From assembly GCF_009914755.1 (NCBI RefSeq), contig NC_060944.1: a stretch of DNA of 64,000 nt; one strand, 5' to 3'. This stretch comes from the human T2T-CHM13v2.0 reference genome, Homo sapiens. The notes under the pieces are model-generated. The model saw only the letters and a list, made by a program, of their open reading frames with translations, had not been told where the DNA came from and did not search any database. A program made the translations under genes and the position numbers. This document shows positions 23,284 through 37,299 of this stretch, piece by piece (position 1 is the stretch's first letter; the number at the start of each line of letters is the position of its first letter).

Positions 23284-25899
23284 GGTGAGCGAGAGTTACT
23301 TCAGGCAGCCAAGGAGAACCTGACAGCCCAGGTGGAACACCTGCAAGCAGCTGTCGTAGAAGCCAGGGCTCAGGCAAGTGCTGCTGGCATCCTGGAAGAA
23401 GACCTGAGAACGGCTCGCTCAGCACTGAAGCTGAAAAATGAGGAAGTAGAGAGTGAGCGTGAGAGAGCCCAGGCTCTGCAAGAGCAGGGCGAACTGAAGG
23501 TGGCCCAAGGGAAGGCTCTGCAAGAGAATTTGGCCCTCCTGACCCAGACCCTAGCTGAAAGAGAAGAGGAGGTGGAGACTCTGCGGGGACAAATCCAGGA
23601 ACTGGAGAAGCAACGGGAAATGCAGAAGGCTGCTTTGGAATTGCTGTCTCTGGACCTGAAGAAGAGGAACCAAGAGGTAGATCTGCAGCAAGAACAGATT
23701 CAGGAGCTAGAGAAGTGTAGGTCTGTTTTAGAGCATCTGCCCATGGCCGTCCAGGAGCGAGAGCAGAAGCTGACTGTGCAGAGGGAGCAGATCAGAGAGC
23801 TCGAGAAGGATCGGGAGACTCAGAGGAACGTCTTGGAGCATCAGCTTCTAGAACTTGAGAAGAAAGACCAAATGATTGAGTCCCAGAGAGGACAGGTTCA
23901 GGACCTGAAAAAGCAGTTGGTTACTCTGGAATGCCTGGCCCTGGAACTGGAGGAAAACCATCACAAGATGGAGTGCCAGCAAAAACTGATCAAGGAGCTG
24001 GAGGGCCAGAGGGAAACCCAGAGAGTGGCTTTGACCCACCTTACGCTGGACCTAGAAGAAAGGAGCCAGGAGCTGCAGGCACAAAGCAGCCAGATCCATG
24101 ACCTGGAGAGCCACAGCACCGTTCTGGCAAGAGAGCTGCAGGAGAGGGACCAGGAGGTGAAGTCTCAGCGAGAACAGATCGAGGAGCTGCAGAGGCAGAA
24201 AGAGCATCTGACTCAGGATCTCGAGAGGAGAGACCAGGAGCTGATGCTGCAGAAGGAGAGGATTCAGGTTCTCGAGGATCAGAGGACCCGGCAGACCAAG
24301 ATCCTGGAGGAGGACCTGGAACAGATCAAGCTGTCCTTGAGAGAGCGAGGCCGGGAGCTGACCACTCAGAGGCAGCTGATGCAGGAACGGGCAGAGGAAG
24401 GGAAGGGCCCAAGTAAAGCACAGCGCGGGAGCCTAGAGCACATGAAGCTGATCCTGCGTGATAAGGAGAAGGAGGTGGAATGTCAGCAGGAGCATATCCA
24501 TGAACTCCAGGAGCTCAAAGACCAGCTGGAGCAGCAGCTCCAGGGCCTGCACAGGAAGGTAGGTGAGACCAGCCTCCTCCTGTCCCAGCGAGAGCAGGAA
24601 ATAGTGGTCCTGCAGCAGCAACTGCAGGAAGCCAGGGAACAAGGGGAGCTGAAGGAGCAGTCACTTCAGAGTCAACTGGATGAGGCCCAGAGAGCCCTAG
24701 CCCAGAGGGACCAGGAACTGGAGGCTCTGCAGCAAGAACAGCAGCAGGCCCAGGGACAGGAGGAGAGGGTGAAGGAAAAGGCAGACGCCCTCCAGGGAGC
24801 TCTGGAGCAAGCCCATATGACACTGAAGGAGCGTCATGGAGAGCTTCAGGACCACAAGGAACAGGCACGAAGGCTGGAGGAAGAGCTGGCAGTGGAGGGA
24901 CGGCGGGTCCAGGCCCTGGAGGAGGTGCTGGGAGACCTAAGGGCTGAGTCTCGGGAACAGGAGAAAGCTCTGTTGGCCCTCCAGCAGCAGTGTGCTGAGC
25001 AGGCACAGGAGCATGAGGTGGAGACCAGGGCCCTGCAGGACAGCTGGCTGCAGGCCCAGGCAGTGCTCAAGGAACGGGACCAGGAGCTGGAAGCTCTGCG
25101 GGCAGAAAGTCAGTCCTCCCGGCATCAGGAGGAGGCTGCCCGGGCCCGGGCTGAGGCTCTGCAGGAGGCCCTTGGCAAGGCTCATGCTGCCCTGCAGGGG
25201 AAAGAGCAGCATCTCCTCGAGCAGGCAGAATTGAGCCGCAGTCTGGAGGCCAGCACTGCAACCCTGCAAGCCTCCCTGGATGCCTGCCAGGCACACAGTC
25301 GGCAGCTGGAGGAGGCTCTGAGGATACAAGAAGGTGAGATCCAGGACCAGGATCTCCGATACCAGGAGGATGTGCAGCAGCTGCAGCAGGCACTTGCCCA
25401 GAGGGATGAAGAGCTGAGACATCAGCAGGAACGGGAGCAGCTGCTGGAGAAGTCTCTGGCCCAGAGGGTCCAAGAGAATATGATCCAAGAGAAGCAGAAT
25501 CTGGGGCAAGAGAGAGAAGAGGAGGAGATAAGGGGCCTTCATCAGAGTGTAAGGGAGCTACAGCTGACTCTAGCCCAAAAGGAACAGGAGATTCTGGAGC
25601 TGAGGGAGACCCAGCAAAGGAACAACCTGGAAGCCTTACCCCACAGCCACAAAACCTCCCCAATGGAGGAACAATCTCTAAAACTTGATTCTTTAGAGCC
25701 CAGGCTGCAGCGGGAGCTGGAGCGGCTACAGGCAGCCCTGAGACAGACAGAAGCCAGGGAGATTGAGTGGAGGGAGAAGGCCCAGGACTTGGCACTCTCC
25801 CTAGCGCAGACCAAGGCCAGTGTCAGCAGTCTGCAGGAGGTAGCCATGTTCCTACAAGCCTCTGTCCTGGAGCGGGACTCAGAACAGCAAAGGCTGCAG
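23284..25899 (+). CDS. CEP250: CEP250 very large coiled-coil exon (872 codons)
   Basis: ctag| ... |gtaagt. 2616 nt open frame, E/Q/L-rich heptads (ORF 23332..26019). Confidence 0.98.
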
Positions 25900-26039
25900 G
25901 TAAGTCACTCCATGGGGAGTAAGGGCCAGGGGACACACCCCTGTCTGGCTGAGCTCAGGGACTGCCCACCACCCTGGGCCCTGTGGCACCTCAGGGGTAT
26001 GAGAAAGCTGAGATCATGAGCACCTCAACATCGGTGGGA

Positions 26040-27260
<1,221 letters not shown>

Positions 27261-28632
27261 AGAGGACTTCAGGGTGTATTATTTAACCTCAAGGTCAAGC
27301 ACCGTGTCTTAGTCACCTTTGTACCCCCGGTACTGAGCACAAGACCTGCAGAGAGCAGGCAAACAGGAAAGCCAAGTTGGCTCAAGAGAGAGAGGCATCA
27401 TCTCTTTTTCCAAAAGACGCCCAGTCCAATTTTCCAGGGAAATAGACTCTACATCCTGGTCCCTTGACTGGGCCCCAGAGAACCCCAGACACACAGTCCC
27501 CCAGAGAGTTCATTCTGGGAACTCACAAAGCTCTGCTCTTGGTGAAGGGCAATATGAGGAGAAGGAGGTCCATCTGTGAACTCCAAAGTTCACAGGGTTT
27601 GAAATACAGTAGTGCGGCTTATCAGCTGTGTAACCCCGGGTGAATGCCTTCACTCTGATCTTCAATTTCTCATCAGTAATATAGGCATTGGTGGTATGAC
27701 ATGGCATGATATGTATGAATTGCTTAGGAAGAAAGCACTAAGTGGACCTCCTTTCCTATGTTCAGGCCCATTCTTACAGGCACAGCAAAAGTAAGTTATG
27801 TAATTGGGCAGGAGGGCACTTCCCACCCATACTCTTGGGTTACTGAGCAGTATTCACTCAATAACATAACTCTGGTCAGAGTCACTTCACCCACTGCCAC
27901 CTCCAAACACACAGGGTGAGACTCTTGTCTCAAAAAAACAAACTCATAAATGGCAGGACTGGAATGAGGTCTGAGTCATCTGCCTCTAGAGCGCAGGCTT
28001 TCTGTCACCAAGCTCTTCCTCTCTCCCAGGCAACCCACATCCACCTGCGTACACTTGTTTTCTCTTGTTCATCTCTTCTTGACTGTTATCATTTATGAAC
28101 CACAGGGCACCTAGAAAGTATCTAGCATGAGGCTTCCCCATTTATCCAAAGGGACTTAACCTAAGGACTTGATCCATGTTTCATGGTGCATGTAGTCGTT
28201 TTATAAATGAGGAAATTGGGGTTTGGGGAGAGCTTGTGCTTTGACCAGAGTCATATAGCCACTGAGTGGCTATATGGGCCACTGGGTACGCCACAGGGCA
28301 CCCAGCCCTGTGTGACTCGAGAGTCCATGCTGTTCCCACAGCACATCAGTGCTCTGAGTCATTGCTCAGCCTTCTAGGAGATGTGAAGTGAGCTGGGGGC
28401 TCTGATCCTAGCTTCCTTGCTAGCTCACCGCATATCCTTGAGAAGAGCCCCTCTGCTCCTTTGTTTTACCTATCTGTAAAATGAAGGTTCTGTACTAGAA
28501 TGACTCAGAGCCTCTAGGAAAAATAAGACAAAAGCCTGAGGAGAACATTGAACCGCTGTTTGTGTGGAGGATGGGTTGGTCTGGATATGAGGTTGGCAAG
28601 GTGTGATTTTGCTCCATACCTCCGTACCCTAG

Positions 28633-28746
28633 GATGAACTGGAGCTCACCAGACGGGCTCTGGAGAAGGAGCGGCTACACAGCCCAGGTGCAACCAGCAC
28701 AGCAGAACTGGGGTCCAGAGGGGAGCAGGGTGTGCAGCTGGGAGAG
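28633..28746 (+). CDS. CEP250: CEP250 coding exon (DELELTRR...VQLGE)
   Basis: ctag| ... |gtgagc. 114 nt, phase 0-0. Confidence 0.93.
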
Positions 28747-28929
28747 GTGAGCTGGGGGCTCTGGGGGAACAGGTGACCCAGCAGGGAGCTCCTGTCCAGG
28801 GGTTTGTCCCCTTCCCTTGGGAACTGGGTTCCTGAAGCTTAAACCTGCCAGATTGGTCTGTGTGTCCTCTGTCTGTTCCCTACCTGTCTTAGGGGCTGCC
28901 CAGGTGAGATTCACAGGTCTTTCCCACAG

Positions 28930-29085
28930 GTCTCAGGAGTGGAGGCTGAGCCTAGTCCTGATGGAATGGAGAAGCAGTCATGGAGACAAAGGCTTGAACA
29001 CCTGCAGCAAGCAGTGGCCCGGCTGGAGATTGACAGGAGCAGGCTGCAGCGCCACAATGTCCAGCTGCGGAGTACCTTGGAGCAG
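28930..29085 (+). CDS. CEP250: CEP250 coding exon (VSGVEAE...STLEQ)
   Basis: acag| ... |gtgacc. 156 nt, phase 0-0. Confidence 0.94.
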
Positions 29086-29144
29086 GTGACCCCTCTTCTT
29101 GTCCAGTGGGCATGCATCTCCACTTCTCGTGTGGTCCCTAGAGC

Positions 29145-29612
29145 ATAGGCTCAGTAAATTACAGCCTGTGGGCCAAATCCAGCCTGCTGCCTGTTTCTGA
29201 AAATTAAGTTTGTTTTTTTTTTTCCCGAGACAGAGTCTTGCTCTGTCTCCTAGAGCTGGAGTGGAATGGTACGATCTCCGCTCACTGCAACCTCCACCTC
29301 CCGGGTTCAAGCAATCCTCCTGCCCCAGCCTCCTGAATAGCTGGGATTACAGGCATGCACCACCATGCCTGGCTAATTGTTGTATTTTTAGTAGAGATGG
29401 TGTTTCACTATGTTGGCCAGGCTGGTCTTGAACTCCTGACCTTGTGATCCGCCTGCCTCAGCTTTCCAAAGTGCTGGGATTACAGGTGTGAGCCACCACG
29501 CCCAGCCCTGAAAATTAAGTTTTATTGGAATACAGCCATGCATTGTTTATGGCTGCTTCCCTGCTATGCCCCACAAAGCCTACAGTACTTACTGCAGGAG
29601 AACTTTGCTGGC
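29145..29612. mobile_element. MER58-like element interrupted by an Alu (29212-29506, -) with a 15-bp TSD
   Basis: gcctgtgggccaaatccagcctgctgcctg terminal motif; TSD ctgaaaattaagttt at 29197 and 29508. Confidence 0.75.
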
Positions 29613-29837
29613 CTTTGCTCCAGAGGTCTGAGAGGCTGGCCCTGCCTCTTCTGCTTCAGGAGCACTTCTTTGCACTGAGGCCTGCCCTAGCTGTGCCTTC
29701 CTCAGCCAGGAGTTCTCTTCCCATGGTTACTGTCCCCTCATATACCTGCACAGGCACTGGCCACCTCTGGAGAAAGGCAGCTCTGCTCCAACCACAGAGC
29801 CAAGCCGAGCCCTGATTTCTTATTTGCACCTTGGCAG

Positions 29838-29939
29838 GTGGAGCGAGAACGGAGGAAGCTGAAGAGGGAGGCCATGCGTGCGGCCCAGGCAGGGTCCCTA
29901 GAGATCAGCAAGGCCACGGCTTCTTCACCCACACAGCAG
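29838..29939 (+). CDS. CEP250: CEP250 coding exon (VERERRKL...SPTQQ)
   Basis: gcag| ... |gtttac. 102 nt, phase 0-0. Confidence 0.93.
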
Positions 29940-30892
29940 GTTTACTCATTTTCCTCAGCTGCAGCCTTAGAGAGCCCAACCCCAGCCACCAGAAACTCAG
30001 CCCTCCTCATTGCATATCCCGGGCCAACAGCACTTCAGCTAGTCCAGAGAGCCCCTCCTGACTGCATTCTGCCCTGCTCGGCACAGCTCAGTCTGTCCCT
30101 GCCCTGAGAAGGAGGCCCAACATTGGGGTGGGGGTTGGGGTGGCTAGTGGCCCTGCCTTCTGAGGGACTTAGATCTGTGTACTCCCAGACCAGTGCCACA
30201 GACTGGCCCGGGAGTGGGGCTCATGGGGCTCTGCTTAGGATCCCTGGTGTATGGGGGTTGTGTGGTGCTTGCCAGCTCCTGAGGAGCCTAGGAGCTTGAT
30301 CACAGCTTGATCTCTTAGACCTTTTTACAATGTTGAGTTTATAGGCTTAGGGTCCATGGTCTTTCCTGGAGCCAGTGTCCCTTTTTTGGGTAAGAGGCTT
30401 GGGGAAGACTCCCCAAACTACTCGTCTAGGTGAGGTATCCCTGCCAACAGACACAGGCTTGCAGCCTGACAGGGAGGCGCTGTTTATGGTGGCTGAGCAC
30501 TAGATCTCCATCCCTTGTCCTTTATTGAAAGTTCTCAAGGGCAGGCACCGTGTCTTCCTCTCTGCATCCTTAGCTCACAGCCCAGGGCTAGCACAAAGCA
30601 GATACATGGTGTACTTCTGTTAAATTAAAACATGCCTCAGAGAAGCAAATGCCATCCAGGCCTTTTGGATGTTTTGTGTCAGGTCTCCATGGCGTTGCCC
30701 ATTATGCTGGTGTGGGGCCTCTCCTTGCTGCAGGGCCTGCTGCCCCATAGACGTCCAGTCTGAGTTCAGATGCTTCTGGCCCATAGCCCTTGCCCAGGCC
30801 CCTAAGATTGTGATGAGGTTCTGCAAGGAAACTTGCAGAAACCCCAGAGTGGGAAGGCCTATGCCAACAAGAGTGCTGTTTGTCTTCCTTAG

Positions 30893-30949
30893 GATGGGAG
30901 AGGACAGAAGAACTCAGATGCCAAGTGTGTGGCTGAACTGCAGAAAGAG
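30893..30949 (+). CDS. CEP250: CEP250 small coding exon (DGRGQKNSDAKCVAELQKE)
   Basis: ttag| ... |gtatgt. 57 nt, phase 0-0. Confidence 0.92.
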
Positions 30950-31316
30950 GTATGTTCTGGATTTTCTAAGCCCATATTCCCTCCCTTGCACTCAGGCCCT
31001 TTGTGCACCTCCAGCAGGGAGAGGGGAAGTTCCTCCCTTCAGAGAACTTCAGTCTCCATGGGAGGCAAAAATAGTCCCAGTCCCAACCCCATCTCTCATA
31101 TGCCTAGGGTGGGAGTGGGGAAGAAAGCATGATCCTGGCCCCCGACTTCCAAATCCATACTTAGAAAGGGAAAGGAGTAGGAAGAGGGCTGAGGAGCAGG
31201 CAGAAGATTCTAGGAGGACAGGTGGGAGCAAGGGAAGCCATCCTGGCCTCCCTGCCCTCAGAGGTGCCCTCGCAGCCAAGACTGTTGCCAGTGCCCCAGA
31301 CAGAGGAGCCAGGCAC

Positions 31317-31372
31317 CAGCACAAGCTCCAGGCCACACAGCTCAGCACAAGCTCCAGGCCACACAGCTCAGC
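31317..31372 (+). repeat. 26-bp tandem duplication
   Basis: (cagcacaagctccaggccacacagct) x2, then cagc. Confidence 0.9.
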
Positions 31373-32257
31373 TCAAGCCGCCACTCGCAGAGAAGTGACT
31401 TGAAGAGCCTTCCTGCCTCTTAGGCCTCAACTAAAAGTCCACTCTCCCTTTCAAGTTGCAGGAATCATAAGTGTTACCTTTTTATTTCTGAGCCTATTTC
31501 AGAAATCAGTAGTCACTACTGGCAGGGCCTGACTCTGTAGCTAGACCTAAGCTATTACTTTGAATTCTATTAAACTCAGAATGTTTTTCTATTTTATTAA
31601 AAAGTCAAAGCAGGTGCAGTAGCTCACACCTGAAATCCCAGCACTTTCGGAGGCCAAGGTGGGCGGATCGCTTGAGGTCAGGAGTTTGAAACCAGCCTGG
31701 CCAACATGACGAAACCCTGTCTGTACTAAAAATACAAAAATTAGCTGGACGTGGTGGTGCACACCTGTAATCGTAGCTACTCAGGAGGCTGACACACAGG
31801 AATCACTTGAACCCGATGGGGTGGAGGTTGCAGTAAGCCAAAATTGCATCACTGCACTCTAGCCTGGGCAACAGAGCAAGACTCTGTCTCAAAAAAAAAA
31901 GTCAGATAGTGGTTATACTTGAGTATATATTGTTATCAGCCTCATCAAAATGTACATTTAAAACTGGGCATTTTTCACATGTAAATTATCTTTCAGTGAA
32001 GTTGATGAATAGCTTTGTGGTTTTCAAGCGCGCTATTTGAGTCACATGTGCAGCCAGGATTGAGAATCACTGGATTCTAGAATTCCTAAGGGCCCTTCCT
32101 CTAAACTCTCTACAGCCTGTTTCTGAGATTCGTGTATGTGGTAGAGTTGATTCAGATGCTCAGCCAACGAGCTTCAGAGAACACAGAGCAGGAAGAGCTG
32201 GGACAACTTCAGGGCCCTCAGCTGCTCTCCCTTTTTTTTTTTTTTCCTGCCCACCAG

Positions 32258-32521
32258 GTGGTCCTGCTGCAAGCTCAGCTGACTTTGGAGCGGAAGCAGA
32301 AGCAGGACTACATCACCCGCTCAGCACAGACCAGCCGTGAGCTAGCAGGCCTGCACCACAGCCTCTCACACTCACTTCTTGCCGTGGCCCAGGCCCCTGA
32401 GGCCACTGTCCTGGAGGCAGAGACCCGCAGGCTGGATGAGTCCCTGACTCAAAGTCTGACATCCCCAGGGCCAGTCCTGCTACACCCCAGCCCCAGCACT
32501 ACCCAAGCCGCCTCCAGGTAG
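32258..32521 (+). CDS. CEP250: CEP250 last coding exon (VVLLQAQ...TQAASR*)
   Basis: ccag| acceptor and TAG stop. Counting back from residue 2442 places the serines of LDESLTQS at S2417/S2421, the known NEK2 sites of C-Nap1. Confidence 0.96.
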   Translation: MVLLQAQLTLERKQKQDYITRSAQTSRELAGLHHSLSHSLLAVAQAPEATVLEAETRRLDESLTQSLTSPGPVLLHPSPSTTQAASR

Positions 32522-32843
32522 CAGCCACAGCCAGGAGCACACAGACAGAAGACTGTGTCATGGGTCATGGCCCCTCCGCACACCTACAGGTTTGCCAAAG
32601 GAAAAGCCTGGCTCTGTTAGGCACCCAGGAGCCCCAGGTCGGCGGGTGTTCCCAGGAAGAGGAAGTAAATCTGCAACCCTGGGGAGGACCCCAACTCACC
32701 TGGGAATGAGGCAAATTGCATTTGCTTGCTCCCTATGGAATCACCCAGAGGGGTGCCTTGCCCTGGCTGAGGGACATGTACTGCCTCTCATCTAGAATTT
32801 ATTTTCCTAGCACTTCACCACCTCCTTCATCTTCTCCTTCAAC

Positions 32844-32849
32844 AATAAA
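32844..32849 (+). terminator. CEP250: CEP250 proximal poly(A) signal
   Basis: AATAAA about 320 nt after the stop, followed by a U-rich tract. Confidence 0.75.
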
Positions 32850-34697
32850 CCCTGAGATCTTTGCATTCATTTTCTGCTGCTGTCTCCACTTGTGCAGCTG
32901 GGTGGCAGCACCACATCAAGGGAGTTTATCTGGGAAGAACTTGCCAAAGATTCCTGTTGAGGTAGCATGCATTTATTGTACACCATGCACTGTGATAGGG
33001 AAGGGTTACAGAGAACACACAAGACAAAGCCCCTGTCCACAGACAGCCTACAGTCCAGTTGATGAGAACAGGCTAACACTCATTTATGAGTCAGAGGCAA
33101 TTCTGTGTACTGACTAGAAGAACTGTAGAAATTCCAGGGGCTGAGGAAGGGAGGCACGAACTGGCCCTTGAAAGATGGAGTGGGGTTGGAGGTGTTGCCA
33201 AGCACACAGTGAGAAGACTGGTCTGACTGTGGCAGGGGGTTGGGGCTGAGCTTGGGTGGGTTGAGCGGGGAGATTTTGGAGGGTTAAAAGAAGTTCTGGG
33301 GCCTCAAAAACACAGCGTTGACCTTTAGCTAAAGTCAGAGTCTCTGAGTTCAGAAGCTCCACATGGCCTCATTCCTCTTCTACTCTGGGTGAATGTCCTT
33401 GAGATGTCCCTTCCTGGGCATATCAGCTGGAACTGATCTGGTCGCCTGTAGTCCAACCATGTGTCAAGCCAATCAGAAGGATGGACTATGGCGGAACTTC
33501 TCACCCATGGACTGGTCCTAGTGGAGGCTGGACAGAACCCAGCTCACAGGCTTAAGACCTATTGCTGGCAACCTCCTCAAAGCCTAAAAATTGTTTAATT
33601 TTTTTAAGAGACAGGGTTTTGTCCTGTCTTCCAAGCTGGAGTGCAGTGGCACAATCACATCTTACTGCAGCCTGAAACTCCTGGGCTCAAGTGATCCTCC
33701 CACCTCAACCTCTCAAAGTGCTGGGATTACCGGTGTGAGCCACCATGCCCAACCAGAACAGTTTTCCTTAAAGAAGCAGGCCATTACCTTCCTCTGGCAC
33801 TCCCACCATAATCTGGAATTCCTCTTTACTAAGCCTGGGGATGGAACTGAGACCTAGCCAAGAATCTGGGAGGGGTAAGAGCAGCACCCACTCACCCAGA
33901 CCTCCTAATTTGGGGCTCAGCCCCATTATGTCTCATTGCACCACACAGAGTGGAAATGGGGCTGTTCACAGCGACTAGAGCTTTGTTCCAGAAACCTACA
34001 CATGCAGCTCAGCAACAGATGCTTAGTGAAAACTTCTGAAACCCCAGAAACAGATCTGGGGCCCCAGAAATGCTGTCCTGGTCCCTATTTCCAGTCAGAT
34101 TCCCTGTAGCTTAAAATCCTTACCTGGCTTTTAGGCCATTTATTTCTTTTTCCTTTTTTTTTTTTTGAGACAGAGTTTTGCTCTTGTTGCCCAGGCTGGA
34201 GTGCAGTGACGTAATCTCGGCTCACCAGTGGCAACATCCACCTCCTGGGTTCAAGCAATTCTCCTGCCTCGGCCTCCTGTGTAGCTGGGATTATAGACAC
34301 GTGCCACCATGCCCGGCTAATTTTGTATTTTTAGTAGAGACAGGGTTTCTCCATGTTGATCAGGCTGGTCTCGAACTCCCGACCTCAGGTGATCCACCCA
34401 CCTCGGCCTCCCAAAATGTTGGGATTACGGGCATGAGCCACCGCGCCCGGCCCTTTAGGCCATTTTTATGCTAGGAGTTGTCAGAGACAAGACTTCTCTT
34501 GGTTGTTCACTTGTTACATCCTCCAGCCCTGGTTCTCAGGCTCGGGCTGACAGAGGGTCCCTGTTTTTTACCTTAGAGTTTCTTCTCAGCATCATTTTCT
34601 GTAGGTCATGAGCCAGGGCCTTAGGCCCCACATACCTTCTGGGCCTCAGAGAGGTTCCAGCAGCTGAAAGACATCTTAGAGGCTGCCAAGCAGGGTC

Positions 34698-34703
34698 TTT
34701 ATT
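34698..34703 (-). terminator. Poly(A) signal of unit C
   Basis: AATAAA on the - strand about 130 nt past the stop. Context (cagggtctttattcag on +) matches units A and B. Confidence 0.6.
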
Positions 34704-34833
34704 CAGGACTAGACTAATCTGTATTTGCTCTTCTCTTTCCATCCAACCCTCAAGAGCCCCCCAGCTCCATTATAGACCTCGGCCTAGGGTCTCCCCTCCC
34801 CACCAGATATTCAGAGCAGGGCTGGCCTTCAGT

Positions 34834-36681
34834 TCAAGTGTAGACTGTGCTCTTGCCCTCACACTCGAGCTTGTGGATGATCTTCCACTCCGGCTTTCTA
34901 AAGTACACTTTCCTTGCCCAGTAGCAGGATTGCCTCTGTGGAGTGTCCCACCAATAATGGTGACAACTGCTGTTTTCATCAGCTCCAGACCCAAAGAGAC
35001 CTGAAGTGGGGAAGTGTGAAGGAAGGAATATGTGTCATCCAGGGGGGACCCAACTTTGCCTAAGGGCATGAGGCCGGAGCCTCCTTTCCTGACCTTGTCA
35101 CATGTGGCAGGGTATAACCAGAATGGTGAATCCAGCAGACGGGAGGAGTCCCTGGCAGTCCAGCCAGTTCTCGTGGATGTACTTGAGGAAGGTGCAATTG
35201 GCCACCAGAACATGCAGGAGTAGAGGTTAGAGCTCAGCCACAGAGATTATCTTCTTGCAGAAAACTTTTTTCCCCCTTCCTAATCTTGTCTGCTTTGATA
35301 GAAGCTGGTACTGGCTGGAAAGGCCTGAAAGCAGGAGGGGACAAGAGTCGTCAGAGGCTGGGCAATGTTCTTGTTTCCGGGGAGTGCTGAGGTCCGGCGG
35401 GTGCTGCCCCTGTTCTCTCAAGGATCCCACGTGCTTTGTGTGTTAGAGCAGTGACCATCACCTCCCAACCCAAGGACCTTTGCTGCTCTGCTTCCCACAT
35501 GGGACTGCCAGCACCCTGAAGGCAGAAAAACTGAATGTACCCGTTAAAGGAGGAGAAGCTGGTGGTGTATGTTGAGATAAGGAGGGTGGGGAGTGTACAG
35601 TTACAGGCTGCACAGGGAGGGCAAGATCAATGTTGACACCAAAGTGCCAAAGGCTGTCTGCGCCAGGTCTGGGGCCCCCACTGGTCATACCGCCTGATAA
35701 AACCATTGCAGTCCACACTAGGTCTGGAGGCTTCGACACCCACAGCATGTGGGTGTTCTCATGCAGGCCATGAGTATTCGGGGTGCTTTAAGTGCAGGGG
35801 AGTTCTGTTGTCCACGTTATTCTTAAAGCCCAGAATAGGCCCTGTTTTATTCTACAGAGATAGGAAGGCACTGGGGCTCACAGAGTGGTGCTGCTTCCCA
35901 CCCTCACCCTTCTGCCCCCACCTGAGCACAGTGTGGTGCTCAGTGATGGTTATCCTATATTCCAAATACGCATGGCCCAGGACTGGCAGAGTCGGAGCTC
36001 GGGGTCTAGCTGTGACCTGGGGATCGGTTGGAGTAGCTTCTTGACCAGCCGGAATTGGGTTAGGTGTCCTAGCATTGGTGCCTATGGAGAAGAACACAGA
36101 CTGTTTATCACTCACCCCTGGTTCCAGTACCAAGGAAAGGCTGGAGCCATTGCAACTGGAGGCCCAGCGGAGGAAGGGATCAAGAAGAGGATGCAGCCCA
36201 GAGCCCAGGACCGAGCATCCACCGGCCTCTGGAGATGGCGTGGTCTCCAGTTGCATCGGGGCTTCAGGGCCCATCTGAAGTGCTGATCAAACCAGGCAGA
36301 CACACCATGCTGGTGAAGGCAGGCTTTGTAGATGCGGGGCTGAATTGAGCAGCCACAGAACCTCTGCAGCTCTGGGGCCAGTGGCAGAACTTCTAGAAGT
36401 ACCTGTGGGGTGGGAAACCCCAGCCACAAAAGCAGTGAGCTGACTTCCAGGCCTGAGGCTTTGCCTGCAGGCCTCATCTCAGCCCATGGGACAGATTCCT
36501 GGTTTTTTTAGTTTGGCCTTGGGGTAGATGATACCTTCAGCTGTCCACCCTGCAATACCTCACCTCCTGCCTTCTGACCCAGTACTCTGCAGAGCGGGGG
36601 AATGGGGCCAGGGGACAGGGGCAGGGAAGAGGAAGAAGCAAGAGCTGCCAGTGTGCTCCAAACCAAGAGAGCCCTCCACAT
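34834..36681 (-). pseudogene. ST3GAL-like unit C: unprocessed sialyltransferase (GT29) pseudogene with all exons, multiple frameshifts
   Basis: Putative TM exon 36564-36681 (MWRALLVWSTLAALA). Stem exon from 36402 (CGC..ACLHQHGVSAWFDQHF). 35922-36081 (LVKKLLQPIP..LCQSWA..ITEHHTVLR). From 35851 (GFKNNVDNRT..HPE..ENTHMLWVSKPPDLVW). About 35476-35521 (FRVLAVPCGKQSSK). 35094-35211 (FLKYIHENWLDCQGLLPSAG..CDK). 34834-35000 (GADENSSCHHYW..PEWKIIHKLECEGKSTVYT*). Confidence 0.85.
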
Positions 36682-37299
36682 GATTCTGGGCACAGCTGAG
36701 GAGGAGTGCAAGCTCAACTCTGCTCACCACACTTAAGAAGCAGGCAAGGGAGGATGAAGGGCAAAAACATGGGGTCCTGAGGCCCTTTTACTCCCTCTAC
36801 CCTGCTGGAGGTGAGGATGAGAGGTGAGACTTCGTTGGACTGTGCTCCTGGCCAGTTGATCTCACCCAACTCATTACATCAGTAGCCTGGTCACAGGGTG
36901 GACACTCTGACCTCTTCTTAGCCTTTCATTGGCAATACTACCAGCTCTATATATGCCCTTATAGGGCCTGAACCTTGGCTCAGGTGGATGGGCTTGGAGG
37001 TAAAATAATTGAATGGGTCAGGGGTAGGAGGAGAGATGAGTCTCTGCCAAGGCTGTGTGATGTGTCATCTGAGAGAGTGGGTAACCCCTATTCCCAGCAC
37101 ATGGCCATTTATTTAGAGCCAGGGAGGGGGACGAGAATTCATATTCAAATGTGATTCTTTCTTAATTACTACCAGTTGTTCAGGTGAGGGAATCAGGGAA
37201 GGCCAGATTAATAATCCACACATTGCCCTTGCACCTCCTGTCTTGGTTTCCTATCAAAACCTCTCCCGTATCTATGAACATTCCAGCCCTGCAGGTCAG

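Larger units (their letters stand above)
31610..34451. mobile_element. Alus at 31610-31900(+), 33600-33752(-, partial), 34150-34451(-)
   Basis: Alu consensus. Confidence 0.85.

Noticed and set aside
24433-25847. Long antisense ORFs (up to 242 aa) opposite the large CEP250 exon
   Set aside because: Expected shadow frames of GC-rich CAG/GAG/CTG coding sequence; no independent signals.
30669-31403. 244-aa + strand ORF
   Set aside because: Non-ATG start, runs through a CEP250 exon out of frame, and has no recognisable domain.
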